DNA of 64,000 nucleotides. Source: the human T2T-CHM13v2.0 reference genome, Homo sapiens. Positions within the stretch are counted from its first letter, which is position 1, and the number at the start of each line of letters is the position of its first letter. This document shows, piece after piece, positions 58,661-64,000 of the stretch. Position numbers and translations under genes: made by a program. Below the pieces are notes generated by a model that made no database searches, was not told the origin of the DNA, and was given only the letters and a program-made list of their open reading frames with translations. The stretch lies in NCBI RefSeq assembly GCF_009914755.1, contig NC_060935.1; one strand, written 5' to 3'.

Positions 58661-60769
58661 GACAAGTGCCTGAACAGCAGCCATGGGAGCTGGGGAAGGA
58701 ATCCTGGGCCGAAGCCCCAGAGCAAACGAACCTTGAGCTATTTGTGGGTTTGCTTGTTGATTCCATTCTTTCAACAAACATTCTGAGTGATATTTATGGT
58801 GGAACACTGGGTGGGGCAGTGACAGGCAATGGGAGGAGAGGTCTGGTGTTTGTCACAGTTCTCTCCTGCTCAGACTCACTGAGTAGAATCTTTCTTCTTG
58901 ATTTCTTCTTTGTTTGTGCAAGGATAGATGGTGGTTGGCGTGGGAGCCTCCCATGCTGGAACATGCCTGGCTCACTCCACACTCCACAGTTCTTGCAGAG
59001 GTATCAAGGAATTTCTTTTGCAGAGTGTATGACTGGAATGAATGCTGTGTCTCCTTGGAGCCCCTGGAAGCTATGGAAATCTTGGCACCCAAGGAGCAAA
59101 GGAGCAAGGATAAAAATGTCTGCCAGCCTTTGGAAGGCATAGGTGGGGATTCATTTATATCCATGTTGACTTCCAATTCTGAGCTCTTTAGGATTCTGTA
59201 ACTATTGTAGAGCTAACAACATCATCTAGGCACTCTGTTTCTTCAGGATGGTGCCAGAGTATTGAGATGTTGTGCCATGGCTGTGTCAAGGTTGGGGAAA
59301 CAGTTCAGTTCTTTTAGCAAAGAAGAGGGGGGAAGATGAGATGAATGACTTTGTCAACCATAGTGAATAGCAGCCTTCTTGCTTCCTCCTCTTCCTATCT
59401 CTTTCCTCACTCTCTAGGGTGCTTGTGCTTAGGAGAAAAGGTGGCGTGGGATCCCTGGATAGGCATCTCTCTGGACCCAAAGATATATATGAACCTAGAG
59501 AGACCTACATTTAGCCTTGGCTCTGCCTACAAGGCCCCTCTCTTTGGTGCTGGGGCTGATGCCGAATGGTATTCTGATGTGTGACAAAGGGAAGCAGTAC
59601 AACCACAGAAAGCACAGAGGAAGAGTGGTGAAGATGATGGGCAGGATTAAATTGGAGAAATAAAGATAGCAGGGGAGAAACAAAAATATTTTTTCCTTTT
59701 CCTGCAAGTACTGATGTAATCAAATCTTCTAAAACATCAGTTGCCCACAACTGCTATGATAATTATTCATAAAAAGCAATGGAGTCCTAGCTACTCCTTA
59801 AAATAAAACCAACCTCTACTTGTGAATAGCTAATTGTCCAGTGCTGCACTCCCGTCCCTTGATGAGGCCCCACATGTCTTTCTATCATCACACAAGGTCA
59901 AATAAGGAAAAAGCAGGGACCTTATTATTATTACTGTTATAGTTAACATCTGTTAGGCACTCACTTTGATCCCAGAGAGTGTGAATTCATTCTTGTGAAG
60001 GTTCCTAACGACTCTCATGTTCCCACACCCAGTGGATTTTCTTCTCTGTCCTCCTTTTACTTGGCCTCTTAGCAGCATTCACCAGAGTGACACCTCCTTC
60101 CTTTACAAAACTCTCACTTTTCTTGGTGCTGAGACACTGCTCTCCTCTGGTTGGCCTCCTACTTCAATTTCATCTCATCTCAGTCTTTTTGCTTGTTGTT
60201 CTTTCTCTATCTGAACTCATGATATGGATGTTTCTCAGAGTCAAAGCCTGGGTCTTCTGCTCTTCTCTTTCCATATTTTTGCCTAAGTGGTCTCATTTTT
60301 TCCCATGGTTTAGGTACTGTGGATGCTGATGACTCTGAAAGTCATATCTCCTGCTAAGACTTTTCCTCTGACTTTGAGGCTCTCATATCTGACCATCATC
60401 TTTATGTCTCCATTTGGATGTCTCAAAGGTAGACCTAACTTGTCCCAAACTGAACTCTTGATTTCCCCTCCCCTTCAAGCAAACATATCCTGCATCTTCT
60501 ACATGTTGATTTCTCCTCACTGTTCTTCACATCCATCTGCAAGTTTGGTCAATTCTGTCTCCACTTGTCTGCATCCCTTCCACCGCCTCCCCAGCCTCCA
60601 TCATCTCTTTCCTGGATTTCTGCAGTGGTTTCTGATTGGCCTCTCCACACCCACTCCTGCCTCCCTACAAGATGTTCTCCACTCAGCAGTTGGAGTGCAT
60701 ATTAAAACATGTAAAATAATTCATGTCTCCAACTGAAATCCTATTTAAGAACTTCTGGAAGCTTAGCGA

Positions 60770-61094
<325 letters not shown>

Positions 61095-61103
61095 TGAAAA
61101 GCC

Positions 61104-61106
<3 letters not shown>

Positions 61107-61149
<43 letters not shown>
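61107..61149. repeat. (AC)21 microsatellite
   Basis: Direct inspection. Confidence 0.97.
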
Positions 61150-61151
<2 letters not shown>

Positions 61152-62384
61152 TGTCACTCTGCTGCTGAAAATCCTCTAGGGGCTTTCTTTGAACTTTGAA
61201 TAAAATATAAACTCCTTACTTTAGCCTTCATGGTAGCTATTGTGCTTAGCTCATGCCTTATTTTGTGTCCCTCCTCCCCTTGCTTTTTCTATCGTGGCCA
61301 CCCTGGCATTCTATTAGTTTCTGGAACCATCCATGCTTTTCTGCCCTCAGGATCTTTGCACACTCCTGGAATGCAACTCCACTTGCTATTTCCATGGCTG
61401 GGTATTTTTCATTATGTAGGTTGTAACTTACATGTCATCTCCTCCAGGAAGCCTTCCCTGATCTCTGCTGTCATACTTTGTCAAGGAATCCTGTTATTTC
61501 TTTCATGGATCTAGTTACAACTTAAAATTTTTTCATCTCTTTGTTTAGTTATTCATCTTCTTGACAAGTCTGTAAACATGTGTGTTTTGTTCACTTTTTG
61601 TATTCCCGACTACTAACAGTGATTTGCATGTGATAGACGTTCATTATATACTTGTTGAATAAGAGTGTCAGGCTTGCACTAAGTTCTACATATCTTATTC
61701 TAATTAATGTTCACAAGGAGTCTGAGAGTTAGATGTCGCACTAATCCCATCTTATGGACAAGAAAATTTAGGTTTACAGGCGTCAAGGTAATATACCCAA
61801 ATCCAGAGAGCCTACAGGTGGAGAAGCTAGGATTTAAACTTGGATTGTCAAACTCCTGGAGCTGAACACTCATCCACGTCACTTCATTGCCACCGGGGAG
61901 TGGGAGGATACATAGAAGGGAGCCAGGAAGTTATTGTGTCTTTAACATAAGTTCAGTCATGCTTTCTGATTTTTAAGATCTTGACATGGAGACTCTAGCT
62001 CTTTCCTTGTCTATTAAGTGACCGGTTTCAGAGGGTTTTGTTTGTTTGTTTCTTCAGGGACAAAACAGGGAGTTAGGCAGCCTGGAGTTTGAATTCAGCT
62101 CAGAGCCCAGGAACCATTTATAACTATCTCTCCCTTGCTAGTTCACTTTAACTTCCTAAAGCTGTGCACACTCCATGGCCTGATTCTTGTGATTTGATTC
62201 TCCCTCATCCCTCAGTATTTACATTGAAATGAATAGATTGCTCAAATGGTTATCTGTGACAGTTCTCTGTGACTCAGTTTCCATAACTCTGGAGTAACTT
62301 GTCTAAATATACTCATCTCTGAGATGTCAGCATGATTCTAACACTTAGTCCAAGTAACAACTCTGGTAGATTAGAAAACAGGAC

Positions 62385-64000
62385 CCCTAAATTCCTATCA
62401 AAATCTCAATGATAGTTCATGTAGAAATAGGAAAGTACATGCTAACATTCATATAGAGGCTTAAGAGACCCCATATAGCCAAAACAGTCTTGAAAAAGAA
62501 GAATGAAGTTGGAAGGCTCACACTTCCTGATTTCAAAGCTTACTACAAAGACACAGTAGTCAAAACAGTGTGGTACTGGTATAAAGACAATATGCAGACC
62601 AGTAGAATAGAATAGAGACTTTAGGAATAAACGCTTGCATATATGGTCAAACAATTTTTGACAAGGGTGCCAAAACTATTAAATGAGAAAAGAGTAGCCT
62701 TTTCTACAAATGGTGTTGGGAAAACTGGATATCCACATGCACATAAATAAATAAATAAATATGAATCCTTATCTTATACTACATACAAACATTAACTCAA
62801 AATAGATCAAAATGTAATAACTAAAACTATAAAGCCCTTGGAAGAAAACATAGGGGAAAAGCTGCAAGACATATATTTCACAATGATTTCTTGGATATGG
62901 CAATAAAAGAATAGGCAACAAAAGAAAACATAGATAAGTTGGACTTTCTTAAAATTAAAATGTTTCTATATGGGAAAAACTCTATTACACAGAGTGAAAA
63001 GGTAACCCATGGAATGGGAAAATATTTTCAAATCATATATCTGATGAGAGATTGGTATATACCATATATAAATAATTCCTACAACTTAACAACAACAGAA
63101 CAAACAACCCAATTAAAAAATGGGCAATAGGCTTGAAAAGACATTTCTTTAAGGAAGATATAGAAATGGTCAATAAGCACATGGAAACATGTTTAATATC
63201 ATCAGACATTAGGAAAATGCAAGTCAACACTATAATAAATTACCACTTTACACTACCACTTTACACTAAATTACCACTTTACAACATTATAATAAATCAC
63301 CACTTTACACTAGGTTGACTACTATCAGAAAAAAAAAAAGGAAGAAGACAAAGAAAATACAAGCATTAGCAAGAATATATTGCAAGTGGGAATGTAAGAT
63401 GGAGTGCAGTCCCTGTGGAAAATGGCATGGAAATTCCTCGAAAAATTAAGTGTAGTTACCATATGATTCAGAAATTCTACTTCTGGATATATATACCAAA
63501 AAGAAGTGAAAACAGAGACTCGCACAGATATTTGTATACTCATGTTCATAGCAACATTAGTCACAATAGCCAAAAGGTGGATGCAACCAAGTCACCATCA
63601 ATAGATGAACGGATAAAGAAAATGTGGTACACACATACAATGAAATATTATTTAGCCCCAAAAAGGGAATAAATTATTACATGTTACAACATGGATGAGC
63701 CATGAAAACATTATGGTAAGTGAAAGTAACTGTTCACAAAAGGATAAATACTGTATGATTCTCCTTATTCCACGTACCTAGAGTAGTCAAGTTTATAGAG
63801 ACAGGAAGTGGAATGGTGGCTGCTAGGGGCTGGGCAGGAGAAGGGAATAGAGAATTACTGTTTCATGTGTACGGAGTCTCAGCTGGGGAAGATGAAAAAG
63901 CTCTGGAGATGAATGATAGTGATGGTTGCACAACAATGTAAATATGCTTGATGTCACAGAACTGTACATATTAAATGGTAAATTTTATGTCATGCGTGTT
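62385..64000 (+). mobile_element. L1MB-like ORF2 C-terminus and 3' UTR, running to the window edge
   Basis: TCTTGAAAAAGAAGAATGAAGTTGGAAGGCTCACACTTCCTGATTTCAAAGCTTACTACAAAG ([20 protein letters not shown]); AAATGGTGTTGGGAAAACTGG; 3' UTR GATGAAAAAGCTCTGGAGATG. Confidence 0.88.

Noticed and set aside
58666-59142. 158-aa ORF
   Set aside because: Non-ATG start, no domain, overlapping ORFs on both strands; consistent with chance
62265-62283. AP-1/NFAT-like composite TGACTCAGTTTCC
   Set aside because: One base from the common MIR core CTCTGTGCCTCAGTTTCC, with non-canonical spacing and no other support

Overview
Primate (human or great-ape type) genomic DNA that is CpG-depleted and repeat-rich. I recognise no host protein-coding exon, RNA gene or CpG island, so it reads as intergenic or deep-intronic. 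The main feature is a minus-strand betaretroviral provirus of HERV-K(HML-6)/LTR3 type at 33036-38491. It has both LTRs, a perfect 6-bp target-site duplication (CAGAAG), a tRNA-Lys3 primer-binding site and a polypurine tract, with decayed gag, dUTPase-protease-G-patch, pol and env. Most of pol and env SU is lost through several internal deletions, and an AluY sits in a ~30-bp pol remnant. An indel just upstream of the gag-pro slippery site puts the nucleocapsid and dUTPase in one 235-codon ORF, although both domains are damaged. The window also holds a two-LTR THE1 MaLR element (55884-57977), nine Alus, a 5'-truncated L1PA with a 16-bp TSD, older L1M/L2/L3 fragments, MaLR solo LTRs, Tigger and hAT MITEs (including a palindromic MER53), a 3 x 49-bp minisatellite and microsatellites. 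MIR fragments are scattered throughout and not listed individually. Subfamily names come from recalled consensus motifs and need RepeatMasker/Dfam confirmation. I found no convincing evidence of a new biological system; the best leads are the provirus's unusual internal structure and a few candidate regulatory or exon signals.
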